DNA of 64,000 nucleotides from Dudresnaya verticillata (Eukaryota): NCBI GenBank assembly GCA_977862235.1, contig OZ374561.1, positions 62,001 to 126,000 of the forward strand, read 5' to 3'. Shown piece by piece: positions 1 to 10,379 of this stretch (position 1 is its first letter; each line of letters starts with the position of its first letter). The notes under the pieces were generated by a model. It saw only the letters and a program-made list of their open reading frames with translations, ran no database searches and was not told where the DNA came from. The position numbers and the translations under genes were made by a program.

Positions 1-420
1 TACGGAGCATATGACTATTGTATAGTCCATGTTGACGTTAACCACCACGAGCCACCGCCCATAACCATGCGGATCATCCGCGCGTTGTCACCCGTTCACT
101 TTAGTATCCTCGTTGACTTGCAATGCCATTGTGTGTGGGTGTCGTCTAGAGCGGTTGTTCCGCGGGTTGTTTTCCCCCAGGTATAGAGACATAAGCGAGG
201 TTACTCCCCGTAAGTAGTTTTGTCATATGTGTCCAGTGGTGTTGGTCATCACGAGAACGGCGTACTCCAACGTCGGTTTTGGTGGGTGAACGTCTCCCGC
301 CGATGTGTGGTGATGGGATTTGGCGTGGTGGACCATAGTGAGTTATTCGTTGTATACCAACGGTATTGCGCCTTTCCTTCCCCACAGAACGTCGGTGCAA
401 CTTGCCTGCGCAACGGTGTC

Positions 421-1432
421 TCAGCCTACCATGGCGCGACGGACGTCACTGGGCGTTCCCAACTTAGCCTTACGGTAATAGCGCAGGACCTGGCTGCGAG
501 GTAAGTTCTCAATTGGTTCAAGGGTATTCTGCGAACTTGGGTACCCAAACCATTTGACTTCGTAGAGGGTGCCCTCATCAGCGTGTTCTTGGTTAACCAC
601 TTTCTTTGTCTATGACAAACATTGTACGCGGAGCTCCCGCGGTAGATGGTACAGTAGCGGGTGTAGCTACTGTAGAGCGAGGATGAGCCTCAGTATGATA
701 CATCGTGGGTATGACCACTGGAGTTTGACCGAACGTAACGCGCCGTGTTGTAGCGGTGCCACTCGTAGGTTGGCGTGGGGTTGAACCGGCATAGTTGGGC
801 GCAAACGCGCACTCCGACGCGCTCGTCCGCGGTTGAGTGACGATTGTGCGAGGGTTGACCCCGGTGAGTGTGGGCGTCGACGAGCTCTGCACACTCCGTT
901 GGTCATCAGAGACGACTCCATTCTTTTCTACGTCATCAGTGCTCGTGGCACGCGTGAGTTGTTTGGTAGACGCACCGACCGACGATGAGTCGTGTGAACT
1001 GACAAGGTTATCCTCGTGTAGTCGAAAGAGAGCGTCGTTGGCCGGCTTGGCGCGCATGGTATCTCGAAAGCCCGAATCGTGGCTACCCACGTCGTCCACT
1101 GTAGCGTTACTGTGGTTACCCACTTCATCTAAACGTACACGTTCTAGGCCGGCAGTGGTGGGCTCGCTCGCGCGGTCGGCTCGATTGTCCACGTTGGCTT
1201 CTGATGAGTGGGTCTCCACGACGGCGTCGCGCTTTGCCGGGCTGGGCTGCAAACCACGTGTGGTAGCCTCCGTTGTTGGTTTGGCACGAGACGCTGATTG
1301 TCCTGGCGTCACGTGGTTGTCCACACCCTCAACGTTTCGATCCCGTGGTGCATTATCCATGTTAACAACATCAGCGACGCGTGTAGAGCGGTCGAACGCG
1401 TGGTCTTCAGTCGGTAAGGGTAACTTAGACAT
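421..1432 (-). pseudogene. Integrase C-terminal low-complexity linker plus chromodomain (frameshifted)
   Basis: The 593..1432 ORF ends MFVIDK. Removing a 4-nt AAAG duplication near 600-607 continues it as VVNQEHADEGTLYEVKWFGYPSSQNTLEPIENLPRSQVLRYYRK, a chromodomain pattern (Y.VKW.GY....T.EP..NL). This segment (421-600) is absent from the ORF track. Confidence 0.85.
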
Positions 1433-1449
1433 ACCTTTTGCAGCGAGGG

Positions 1450-2132
1450 CTCAGCCTCGATGGCTAGTGGCGGCAGCCGGCGTGATCACGCCGGTATCGA
1501 TAGAAAGAGTTGACATAGGGCTAGCTTCGTCGCAGTGTGCGTCTGCGTGTTGTAAGACTACGTGAGCGCGTCACTGAACAAATCTCAATCACGCGGATGG
1601 TCCGCGACGTAGTGGCGTAGGCTCGCGAGGATTGTCCTATTGAATCTTTCGACCTGCCCGTTGGTCTGGGTGTGATACTTAGTCGTAAACAGGGTCTTGA
1701 CGCCCAGTATTCCACAGATAACTTGAAACAGCTTCGCAGTGAACTGCGGTCCATTATCCGACAGTAATGTCTTCGGCATAGACAAAGACCCAATGGTGTA
1801 CAAACTCTTTCGCGATCTCCATCGCAGATATCCTCTTGAGCGGTATAGTCCGCGTGAGCTTCGAATAGCGGTCTGCGATGACCAGTAGGAATCGATTGCC
1901 GCGCTTGGACCAGATGAGTTCTCCAAGAAGTTCAATCGAAACCTTGTTCAAACGGCGCTGTCGCCGGTAATAACCGTAGATACGTGGACACACGTCGTAG
2001 TTTGACTCCATTTCTCGCGCATGTGACGCAGGTCCCGAACCGTGGAGCAGGTCCCGAACCGTGGAGGGCAGCACCTCCCCCCGTTAGGACGCGAACGTAA
2101 GTGAATGTAGAACACGGCACCCAATTGGGCAC
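1450..2132 (-). pseudogene. Retrotransposon integrase core (rve) and partial Zn-binding region, disrupted
   Basis: Across frames: CVTCARNG, RFLLVIADRYSKLTRTIPL, PKTLLSDNGPQF, YHTQTNGQVERFNRTI, then PRD*DLFSDALT*SYNTQ. A 19-bp tandem duplication at 2029-2066 shifts the frame. Confidence 0.9.
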
Positions 2133-2910
2133 TGTAGTATCTCAAACGGCACCACCGCGTACGGCAGCCGGGCGAGACCCCAAGAGGACCCAGAAAGACC
2201 TGTCGGATTTCGTGGTAGAACGGCCGAACGTAGAACGGACCTGCGCACCGGTAGCAAATGTGGTAGAGCGGGAGCGCGCAGACGAAGTCGCGGCCAAAAA
2301 CCTGGATGAGCAGCGGAAAATGGCCGAGTTGGGAAAAAGGTTGCAAAACTTTACTCCCAACCTCTGGCGGGACGGCTTCGTACCTATTCTGGCCGAGCCG
2401 TGGTCTGTGGCCGTCTAAGTAGGCCCAAAATCGGCCACTAGAGCTAATCTAGAGCTATTCTACAGTTAGTGGCCGAGGTTACTCCCCGTCGGCCATAATA
2501 TCTACTTGTGTACCGGCGTCGGGCCAATGTTGTACCCTTACCAGTCTAAACCAAGTACTTGTTCGTTAGTGGTCGGCCAAATGAGTTAGATTTTCCCTTG
2601 ATTTTTCCACTGTCTTCTGCTTGATTTCACCTGCGGCCAAATCCAATTTCCTTCCCGCACCTGCTTCCAGATCCGACCACACGAATCATACGTGTACAGC
2701 GAGCCACGTGGTGCGCTTGGGTGTCATAGGTGGCCACGTGTGACACACGTGTACACCTGTTGGACACGTGTGCCTCTTGCGCATGTTCACCGGCGTCCTC
2801 TCGGCTGCACTGTCGTCGGTTGGCCAAACGTATCTTTCTGATTGGGCTGTCTGTCCCACTTGGCCCGGCCGGTTGCGCTCGTTTTGGAGGCCCCTTGGCG
2901 TTGCACCACA
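2133..2910. mobile_element. Solo LTR (778 bp) inserted into pol of element A
   Basis: Termini TGTAGT...ACCACA (TG..CA), flanked by the 5-bp direct repeat GGCAC at 2128-2132 and 2911-2915. Excision restores the pol frame ...PISTEELLRA/QLGAVFYIHLRSRPNGG. Confidence 0.85.
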
Positions 2911-2915
2911 GGCAC

Positions 2916-3616
2916 GAAGTAGTTCTTCGGTAGATATCGGCCGAAGTAAGTCTTCGTCTTTTGTAGGCAGCGTGGTGACCAGTAACCCACGTCTGCGATT
3001 GCGCAGAAAGGGTGGTATTCAAAGCCATGCGTACTTTTTGCGAGGATCGTCCCCCGGGTTTACCGAATTCTTGAGCTGCCGGTAACGGCGCGTAGGACGG
3101 AGGGCGCTTCATCGGCCTTCGGGTTATCGGTACCCTTGTTCCGTCGTCGAGTTCTTCTTCCTTAGTACGAGGGTAGATGGTCTCAAGAAACCTGTCGCAG
3201 AAATCGCAACTCAGGATGACTGGGGCGGCCAACCGTTTGCATACAATGAAGTCGAGGTTAACGACGCGGGCACCGAGGCGGACAATGAGTCCGATTGTAC
3301 TCAGCGTCGATATCGGCTTGTTTTTCGCATCCGCGATCGTGGGTAGGACCACGGACTTGATTTCGGAGTTCATCTCCGGTGGAAGTTTTGACTTCCGGAT
3401 AAAGTTGGGTCCCACGCCCGTGTTAAGGACGCTTAACTTACGGGCGAGCAGGCCCATTCCTGCGCCAATCTCGGCGTATACCTCGAAGTTGCGCTTCGCG
3501 AGCAAGCAGACTTCGTCGGTATCTCGACGCTGCCGCACCCTGTGCCAGGGACACCGCAAAGGGGCAGGTCTCTGCGGTTTTTCCGCGTCAAAGATGTCCA
3601 TTGGTGGGTCAGACAT
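2916..3616 (-). pseudogene. Retrotransposon aspartic protease region, joined by deletion to the pre-integrase segment
   Basis: VLNTGVGPNFI (DTG changed to NTG) and PVILSCDFCDRF. After SQTWV (~2985) another frame reads LLVTTLPTKDEDLLRPISTEELLRA, so RT and RNase H are missing. Confidence 0.75.
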
Positions 3617-3697
3617 CTGCGGAGATATCCCCGGTAAGTGGCTGGGTTCCTCGCCCCGAGTCCCGTCGGTCTCTAGCCATGGGGCCAGGAACCCCGA

Positions 3698-4342
3698 TTA
3701 GTTTGCCTGGGCGCCGTTTTCGGGTCTGGAGAGGCACACCGCGACGCGGGCGAAGCTCTCTTCCTCGGGGGAGATCCCGGTTTGACGCGATTCACCGCGG
3801 GCTTCTAGTAGCGCATTGACATCCGCGCGTATAGTGCGTAGATCACCAGCGAAAGCGGTTTCCATCGTACCGGCGTGGCCTGTCGCGACTGCAGTAAAAA
3901 GGGTGTTGACCGTGAAAGTCAGCCCGTCGTAACCGACTTCCTGGAGCGTCACGCGCTCAGCCGCATCGCGGACTGAGGCGTTGATCGACTCCTGTAGCGC
4001 CGCAATTTGGCGGGATAGTCTCGACGCGAGGTTTTGATCCTCGTTGATGCAAACGGCGCGGATCGCCGCTCGCGGTAAGGTGGCCCCAGACTGGACAAAT
4101 GCTCCAGTCGGGGCCGGGGTTGGAACGGTGGTAGACACCGGGTTTGGTGGATGGTCCGAAGGCATCTCTTCGTGCGAGGGTTCGCCCGACGGAGCGTTCT
4201 CCTGAACGACTTGTGTCGGAAACGAGGTATTGTCCTCGGGAGGTGCTTGCGACGGTCCAGCACCACTCAGTGCGCCGGCATCGGCTACCAAGTGTAGGGC
4301 GCTACGCGCAGAAAGCTGCGGAGGTTGAGTCGCGGAGGTCAA
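3698..4342 (-). pseudogene. N-terminal gag-like fragment of element A
   Basis: Lies just downstream of the PBS. TLPRAAIRAVCINEDQNLASRL resembles TIPRERIREVCVTEDGNLLARF in the 5574..7577 gag. Confidence 0.65.
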
Positions 4343-4662
4343 CTACGTTGGTGGCGTCGGAAACGGCGGAGGCGGTTGTACCGCGGGCACATCCGAGCGA
4401 CGCGTTGCCGTCGAGTGGCCACCAAAGGCGTCACCAATTTCGGGACTAACCCGGCGCTCTTCTAGCGCGCGTGAGCGCGTGATGGGGACCGTTATGGTCC
4501 CTGGTTTAGACGACGTCTTCCTCGATTTCGATGGTCCCATTAGGGGAGAAGTGGAATTCCACGGGCGGTAAATGGCCGAACCTTGTGGATATTCCGGAGG
4601 GTTCTCCGTGGGATCTTGATAGGACGAAAACGAGGTAAACCTCTCGATTGGTCGAAGTAGTC

Positions 4663-4680
4663 TTCTAGGTCGGGAGACCA
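4663..4680 (-). other. Primer-binding site TGGTCTCCCGACCTAGAA (tRNA-Tyr-like), element A
   Basis: Begins TGG 3 nt after the LTR end ...CACTACA. An identical 18-mer sits at 7781-7798. It is complementary to a tRNA 3' end (..CUAGG-UCGGGAG-A-CCA). Confidence 0.8.
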
Positions 4681-4683
4681 CTT

Positions 4684-5352
4684 TGTAGTGCAACACCCAA
4701 AAACGGGGATTGCCCCAACCGTGTTCGACGCGGTCTCCCGCGGTTAGGTAGCAGGCGCCACGCGGTGAGGCGGGCGCCTGTGTGCTGGTAGAGCAGCTGA
4801 GACACGGGATGTGCCCCGGGGATAGTGTAACCGGGGTCGACTGTAAACCCCCGATCCACCTGAAGTGCCGTAGCGCACGTAAATGCAGCGACGGCGATAC
4901 ACGCCGGTAGGATGGCGCGGAAGAGGGACTCAGAACAGGGTACGTAGCCCGAGTTGCGTGCGGTGGTGACACCGGAAGCAAAGTCGGGGGTATCCTCAGG
5001 TTCAGAGACCAACTTGGCGCTTTACTGTGAGAGGGGCTCACCCCGTATACTAAGTATCCCCCGCGGGAGGTGCGCACGCGTGTCTGGCGCCGTGCGCCTG
5101 AAACTTGGCATGTGCGCGCACCGCGGGCTCACTAAAATATCGCGCAAAAAGATCTAGCGTAGAAATACTACTAGCGCACTGTAAATCAGTGTAAACTAAG
5201 GGTGCGCGTTGCTGGCGTGCACCCGATCGAGGACTCCCTCGGATATGTTCGGCGCGCGTGTCGCGCGTGTAAACGTAGATGAGTGGGCATACCAGTGCGC
5301 GTGTATCTGAGCGGGCGTCCGCGCAAAAACAGGTTCCGGGCACTGCACCACA
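4684..5352 (-). repeat. 5' LTR of element A (669 bp)
   Basis: Terminal inverted repeats TGTAGTGCA...TGCACCACA (8/9 match), directly adjacent to the PBS. Confidence 0.75.
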
Positions 5353-5573
5353 AACGTTTCGGAAAAATCACAACTTTCGGGAACTTTCGACCCCGGGGGG
5401 GCCCCATATGCCGGAGCGCATAACTCCGAAACTATTTGCGTTTGCTCCGATCTGCTTGCACAATTATTCTCAGAGTAGCGCTCCCCTTCCAACGCGGTAT
5501 CGAACGCCGGGATTCCAGGACCCTCAAAAAATTCTGTTCTGTTTTGGAAATTCTGTAGCCGGCGAAATTAGTG

Positions 5574-7577
5574 TTAGCTGTCCGTTGGTAACGCTGACGT
5601 TGGCACTGATGCTTGTTCATCGGCCAAATAGAGATCGCCATCGGCGTGTGTTTCCATATCGTCCGCATGACGGGTGACATCACGGAACTCAACGGAGGAC
5701 TCCGCTATCATAGCGCGCGCGGCAGGTTTCGTGCCCCTCGTCTGTTGACGTAGAACCGTTCGGTTGCCGCCAATGGCGGGGCGCAATGCGCGAGCGGCTT
5801 GGGCCGGGGCCAATATATCCCGTCTTACTGACGTCGAGCCGGCCCTGCCGTGTCTTGCGCGTTGCGCGTCACCTTCGTCCTGCGCGAAGTGGAATAAACG
5901 TTCAAAAGATAACTCCGCCCTCGGCGTTTCTTCGCGGAAGCGGGCCACCAAGGACCTGATCGTCGGGTCTAACCCATCGATGTACAGTGTCATCTTTTCC
6001 CATTCGGGATAAACGTTACCGCAACGAATACACGCGCCGGCGAGTCTCATGCCGTAAGTCGTTTCGTCTTCGCCCTGCTTCTGACTAGTCGACCGCAGGG
6101 CGAGGAAAGCGTCTCGAATCGCCGAAGGCGTGGCGTACGTGCGGAGTAGGTAGTGCACCGCCTCCGGGTACGATGATACGCTGCCGCGGTGGCGAGAGGA
6201 CGTCGATTTGACGGAGCGGAATTGCGTGGCTGCCGTGCCCCTCAAGAAGTACGGCAGCGCGACGAACGCTTGAGCTTCGCTCATCTCTAGCGTGTCCGCT
6301 TCATCCGCGAACCGCGTTAAGAATTCGAGGACCATGACGGGGTCGCTGCCGTTGAAGGCGGCGTCCTTCATCGTTAACTCGAGTCGCTTGATATGGTCTT
6401 TGACCTTCCCGGTTTCGCGTCCGGAGCGCTTCTGTCCCACGTCTTGGAGACGGTATGTGCGGTACGATAGTAACTGGTCGAAGAGAGGATTGGAGGGGCT
6501 TAGCTCCTTCAGTCCCTTGTATCGCTTTCCGCGGGGTCGCATTGCACTGCCGTGAGCCTCGTGGTCGTCATCGTCTGACGAAGAGTCTGTTGACTCGCCG
6601 TCACTAGACGTGTCCGAAGAGGATGAGGATGAGTCCCCTCGTCGGCGACGGTTCTTCTTCCGTCCATGACGCGACTTGCGGCGATTCTTGCCCCGTCTCT
6701 TACGATCTTTGCGTCGTCGACGGTCTTCTTCGGAACTATCGTCATCGGACGGCGGCCCTTGGCGCCATTTGGCGGTTTCCAGTCGCTCTAAGCGGGTTGC
6801 TAATCGTTGAAAACGTTCGCGTGAATTCAGTTCCGACTGGGAATGGACCGTCAATGCCGTTGGCTGCTGAGCATCTACTCCATGGTTGGGGTTCGTCATC
6901 AGACGGTCGAGGTCGGAACGGAGTCCTTGAAGGGCACCGTCCCGATCTTCTTCCAACGTCTGTAGACGGCTGAAGATACCTCCGACATTGTCGTCGAGCA
7001 TCTCCGCGAATCGAGCGAGTAAGTTACCGTCTTCGGTGACGCATACTTCCCGAATCCGCTCGCGAGGTATCGTGAGATTACCAACGCGGGCGGATTCCGG
7101 GGACGCCATTGGCGGTGTGTGCGTGGGGGTCGCCGCCTGCGGCGGACCTCCCGTGCTGCGCGGTTGCGCTAACGGCCTGGCCGGTGAACATCCGGCACTG
7201 CCGTGGGGTGAGGGGCAACAGCCCCTTGGGATTGGTGATTCGCCTACGACGTCGCGCCCCGCAGGGCGTCCTTGGTCGTCGTCGACGGGTATGGTTGGTT
7301 GGTGGACCGGAACTTCCGGTTGTTCCTCGACGATGTCGGCTTGGGCTCCGTCCTCGACGGGTCGCTGTTCGGCTTGTACCGTGTCAGCGGAATCCACGTG
7401 CGAGTGGTAGGTTCGGAGGGCCGATTCGTTGGGAACGGTGGTGCGGATGACGACGGGTATCGGCGGGGGAGGTACTTCTCCCCTGTTGAGTGATATATGG
7501 GAGTGGTCGTGGCCTGGACCGGTCGGGAAGGCCGATGCGATCTCGGGGCTCACGAGGCGCCCAGACCTCGTTGTCAT
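5574..7577 (-). CDS. Ty3/gypsy gag-like protein of element B (667 aa, 3'-truncated; pol absent)
   Basis: ATG lies ~200 nt after the PBS. Contains a basic/Ser-rich block, LLSYRTYRL, FNGSDPVMVLEFLTRF, YPEAVHYLLRTYAT and QKQGEDE (MHR-like). Ends abruptly against unrelated sequence. Confidence 0.8.
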   Translation of the reverse strand: MTTRSGRLVSPEIASAFPTGPGHDHSHISLNRGEVPPPPIPVVIRTTVPNESALRTYHSHVDSADTVQAEQRPVEDGAQADIVEEQPEVPVHQPTIPVDDDQGRPAGRDVVGESPIPRGCCPSPHGSAGCSPARPLAQPRSTGGPPQAATPTHTPPMASPESARVGNLTIPRERIREVCVTEDGNLLARFAEMLDDNVGGIFSRLQTLEEDRDGALQGLRSDLDRLMTNPNHGVDAQQPTALTVHSQSELNSRERFQRLATRLERLETAKWRQGPPSDDDSSEEDRRRRKDRKRRGKNRRKSRHGRKKNRRRRGDSSSSSSDTSSDGESTDSSSDDDDHEAHGSAMRPRGKRYKGLKELSPSNPLFDQLLSYRTYRLQDVGQKRSGRETGKVKDHIKRLELTMKDAAFNGSDPVMVLEFLTRFADEADTLEMSEAQAFVALPYFLRGTAATQFRSVKSTSSRHRGSVSSYPEAVHYLLRTYATPSAIRDAFLALRSTSQKQGEDETTYGMRLAGACIRCGNVYPEWEKMTLYIDGLDPTIRSLVARFREETPRAELSFERLFHFAQDEGDAQRARHGRAGSTSVRRDILAPAQAARALRPAIGGNRTVLRQQTRGTKPAARAMIAESSVEFRDVTRHADDMETHADGDLYLADEQASVPTSALPTDS

Positions 7578-7780
7578 CCGCTGTAGCGACCGCTCCGACG
7601 CGGGGACACTCCCCGGCGTCGATGACGGTCTTCTTGAACTGGGGCCTCGCGACGGCGGCGGTCATGAGGCCATAATGCAGTCGTAGAGTTGCTTGAACGT
7701 CGTGGACGATTGGTGACGGACGTCTAGAGACGGAAGGTCGGACGTCGCACGACGGAGTAACTCGTTGAAACGTAGCACAC

Positions 7781-7798
7781 TTCTAGGTCGGGAGACCA
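7781..7798 (-). other. Primer-binding site TGGTCTCCCGACCTAGAA (tRNA-Tyr-like), element B
   Basis: Lies 2 nt inside the LTR end ...GCACTACA and is identical to the element A PBS. Confidence 0.8.
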
Positions 7799-7800
7799 GT

Positions 7801-8730
7801 TGTAGTGCAAACGTCGTTGACGGACACCGCCGAGCAGTTCGGGGTTCGGTGGGTAGCGACGCCCTTGGCGGTGAGTAGCCCCGCCTTGGGCGACTTGTGG
7901 TAGAGCGGTTGACTCGCCTTGGGCGGACTGTAAACGCCCGAGGCGGAAAGGAAGAACAGAAGAAACAAAAAGGAAACACGTCGAGGACGGGTAGAGACGT
8001 GGAAGCACGGGAGGTAGACGCTTAGCCGTAGGCAGCGGTAGGGTACGCGCGTGCTGAACGGGGAAGTCTGGACCAAGGCCGGCTTGCCGGGGTTTACTGT
8101 GACGTCTGAGACGGCCACACGGATCAACTAAGTACAGGATTACCTAGCGGCGGCGACGCGGATATACGCGTAACGCGGGAACTCGGGACACGTGTTGTCC
8201 CGAGGCGCGTCTGACAGATCCGTCCGTCATGCAGCCGCGCTCCTGACAGATCACGCGTAGCTTCCCCGCTCGGGTCCTTACACTTACACGTGGATTACTT
8301 CCTTACAGTCGCATGCGCCCTATGGCGCGAGCGATCTCGATCCGCACCAATCCCGATCCAGTCCGGATTCGGGCCAGCGATGCGGATGCGCCAGGCTTAC
8401 AGGCACGTGCCTTACATCCTTTAATCCCGATTTGGGATCCCGATGTGGGATCCCGATGTGGGATCCCGATTGGATCCGGATTCGGGCCACGCTTACAGCG
8501 AACGTTCCCGCCACTGCACCATGCGTGTACGCGTGGCGCCGTACAGTGGCCGGGTTGAGGCGTGCGGTCTGCACGCCCAGCGAGCCGTTCTGGCCCAAGT
8601 GGCCAGCGGCATGCGTCGGTGACGTGTTTGCGCCGCGGGCGGGTTGAGCGCGCCGTTGGCGGTCGTCCGTCGGTAGACGCTACATATCAACGCTTGAAAG
8701 CGAAAACGGGGGACATCACCTGGCACTACA
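7801..8730 (-). repeat. 5' LTR of element B (~930 bp)
   Basis: Perfect 8-bp terminal inverted repeats TGTAGTGC (7801) ... GCACTACA (8730), adjacent to the PBS. Confidence 0.7.
8424..8473. repeat. 13-bp tandem repeat ATCCCGAT(G/T)TGGG, about 4 copies, within LTR B
   Basis: atcccgatttggg atcccgatgtggg atcccgatgtggg atcccgattgg. Confidence 0.9.
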
Positions 8731-9070
8731 AAAAAGCCAATGCAAATTGGAAACTGTGCCACAGAAACGGTTCAGACCTCGCGGGGCTCTCGGTCTTTCG
8801 AGGGGATCCGTGTGGCATAACCGCGATTTGCGCCAAGTGGGCGTTCGACGCTGTAAGTCGTAACTGGCCAATGTCCTGTAAGGCGCTGGCATTGCTGGAC
8901 TGCTCCATGAGGCGACAGGTGATTGGCGCCTGTCGCAAAATCATCTGCACCTCAGACGAGCAATTGGCGCCTGCTCATTGGTGCGGCGTTGAGATATTTC
9001 CCGATTATATGCCGGAACAGGGGCGTAGATCCACCTCCCTTTTGCTCAATGTAATTTTTGTACAGTACAC

Positions 9071-9873
9071 TGTAGTAGTTAGTATTAGCACGGGCACAAG
9101 CCCTATTTATTGGTTCCCTAAATAGTAGGGCACCCCTGATTGAACCCTACGGGGAGTTTCTAGGTCTTGACCATTTTCTGGATTCCGGGCGCTTCCCGTT
9201 CCCTTTTTGGACGCCAACTACAGGCTCGTCACCGTACGGCAGGTTCCCTGCGGAATACCGGGTCGCGTCCCCCTTTTGATTTTCCTTTTTCCTGGCCTAG
9301 CGCCATTCTACCAAGCCTCTACCACACCCGAGCTACCTGTGAGCACGACGGTTCCGGACAGGTGTCCTTTGTTCTTTTTGCTCTTCCTGGGCTGGACCCG
9401 TTGTGCTACACTGTGACATGATGGTGTCAACTCCGTTTCGGTTTGGAGCCCTGTGTGGCGATCGGTGGGTAATCGTAGCTCACTTTCGTGAACCTTGTAG
9501 GTGACCAGGTTTGATCCGTTACGGATCGTGCACTCCTTAGTCGTAGTGATCACTGTGATGGGTGGAGGGGACTCCGAGCCAGGTGACTTGCGGTAACCTA
9601 CAGGGTGAAGGCAAAAGCTTCGGCTGCGATGCCGAGAGTTTAGTGAGAGCGATATCCGAGACGGTATAAATACTACAAAGCCGTGGACGGAGAGCGACGA
9701 CGGCGCGTTCCTGCCACGTGGCCACGCGGCCACGTGGCAGACGCCGTTAGGGAATCCTGCAAGAGGTATTATCCGGTACGGTGCAGATAATAGCCATGCG
9801 CAGCTGGCTACACATCGGATCGGGTATAAGTGGAGTGCTAGCTAATTGTTCTAGTACCTAGACAACTACTATG
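9071..9873. mobile_element. Possible old solo LTR
   Basis: Starts TGTAGTAGTT and ends AACTACTATG (a degenerate inverse). Contains a TATA-like sequence and a double CACGTG palindrome. No clean TSD. Confidence 0.35.
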
Positions 9874-10379
9874 TAGAAGTTGCAATTGCCTACCGAACTC
9901 GTCGGGTCAATTACTGTAACGCAAGGGAGGTGTCGCAGATGGTGCTAAATGTCACACTTGGTCGCTCTCCGCTGAAATATGATATCTTCGAAATGCTCAT
10001 TCGTCCTGCGTCGTCAAAGAGGTCCTTGCCTCAAAACTTTTAATACTCCGTCTATGAGTGCAAAGTTTCTCTATCTGTACGTCTAAATTTAAACGTAGCT
10101 AACTTCTAGAAAAAAGCTACCAAAGTATGAGCAGCTTAACACTATGCTATTTCTCCTATCCTGACTTGAATGCGTGGTATATGATTGAAAAGGAGAGGAA
10201 CGAGTAGAATTGTTCTTCTGTGAACGCGATCCTTTCATCCAGGTAGGAATCAATCTATATGTCTGCGTAGGGGACATGAAGAGCTGTTGATGTTTCCTAC
10301 CGCCGAAGTCTGCAGCAGTTGTAAGTAAAGGGCGTTGCTGCGTACGGTGATCCTCCACTCGCATGGCGAGAAAGATCGG

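Larger units (their letters stand above)
421..5352 (-). mobile_element. Degenerate Ty3/gypsy chromovirus-type LTR retrotransposon (element A): 5' LTR, PBS, gag fragment, protease, RT/RNase H deleted, integrase, chromodomain; 3' LTR not seen in window
   Basis: Minus-strand order is LTR (4684-5352), PBS (4663-4680), gag-like ORF, aspartic protease, integrase core, chromodomain (stop at 421-423). Many stops, frameshifts and deletions. Confidence 0.85.

Noticed and set aside
8424..8473. Short repeats as a CRISPR-like array
   Set aside because: Contiguous 13-bp units with no spacers, no cas genes, and located inside a eukaryotic LTR.
8724..8736. CACTACAAAAAA resembling a CACTA transposon terminus
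   Set aside because: No matching second TIR was found; it is better explained as the GCACTACA end of LTR B.
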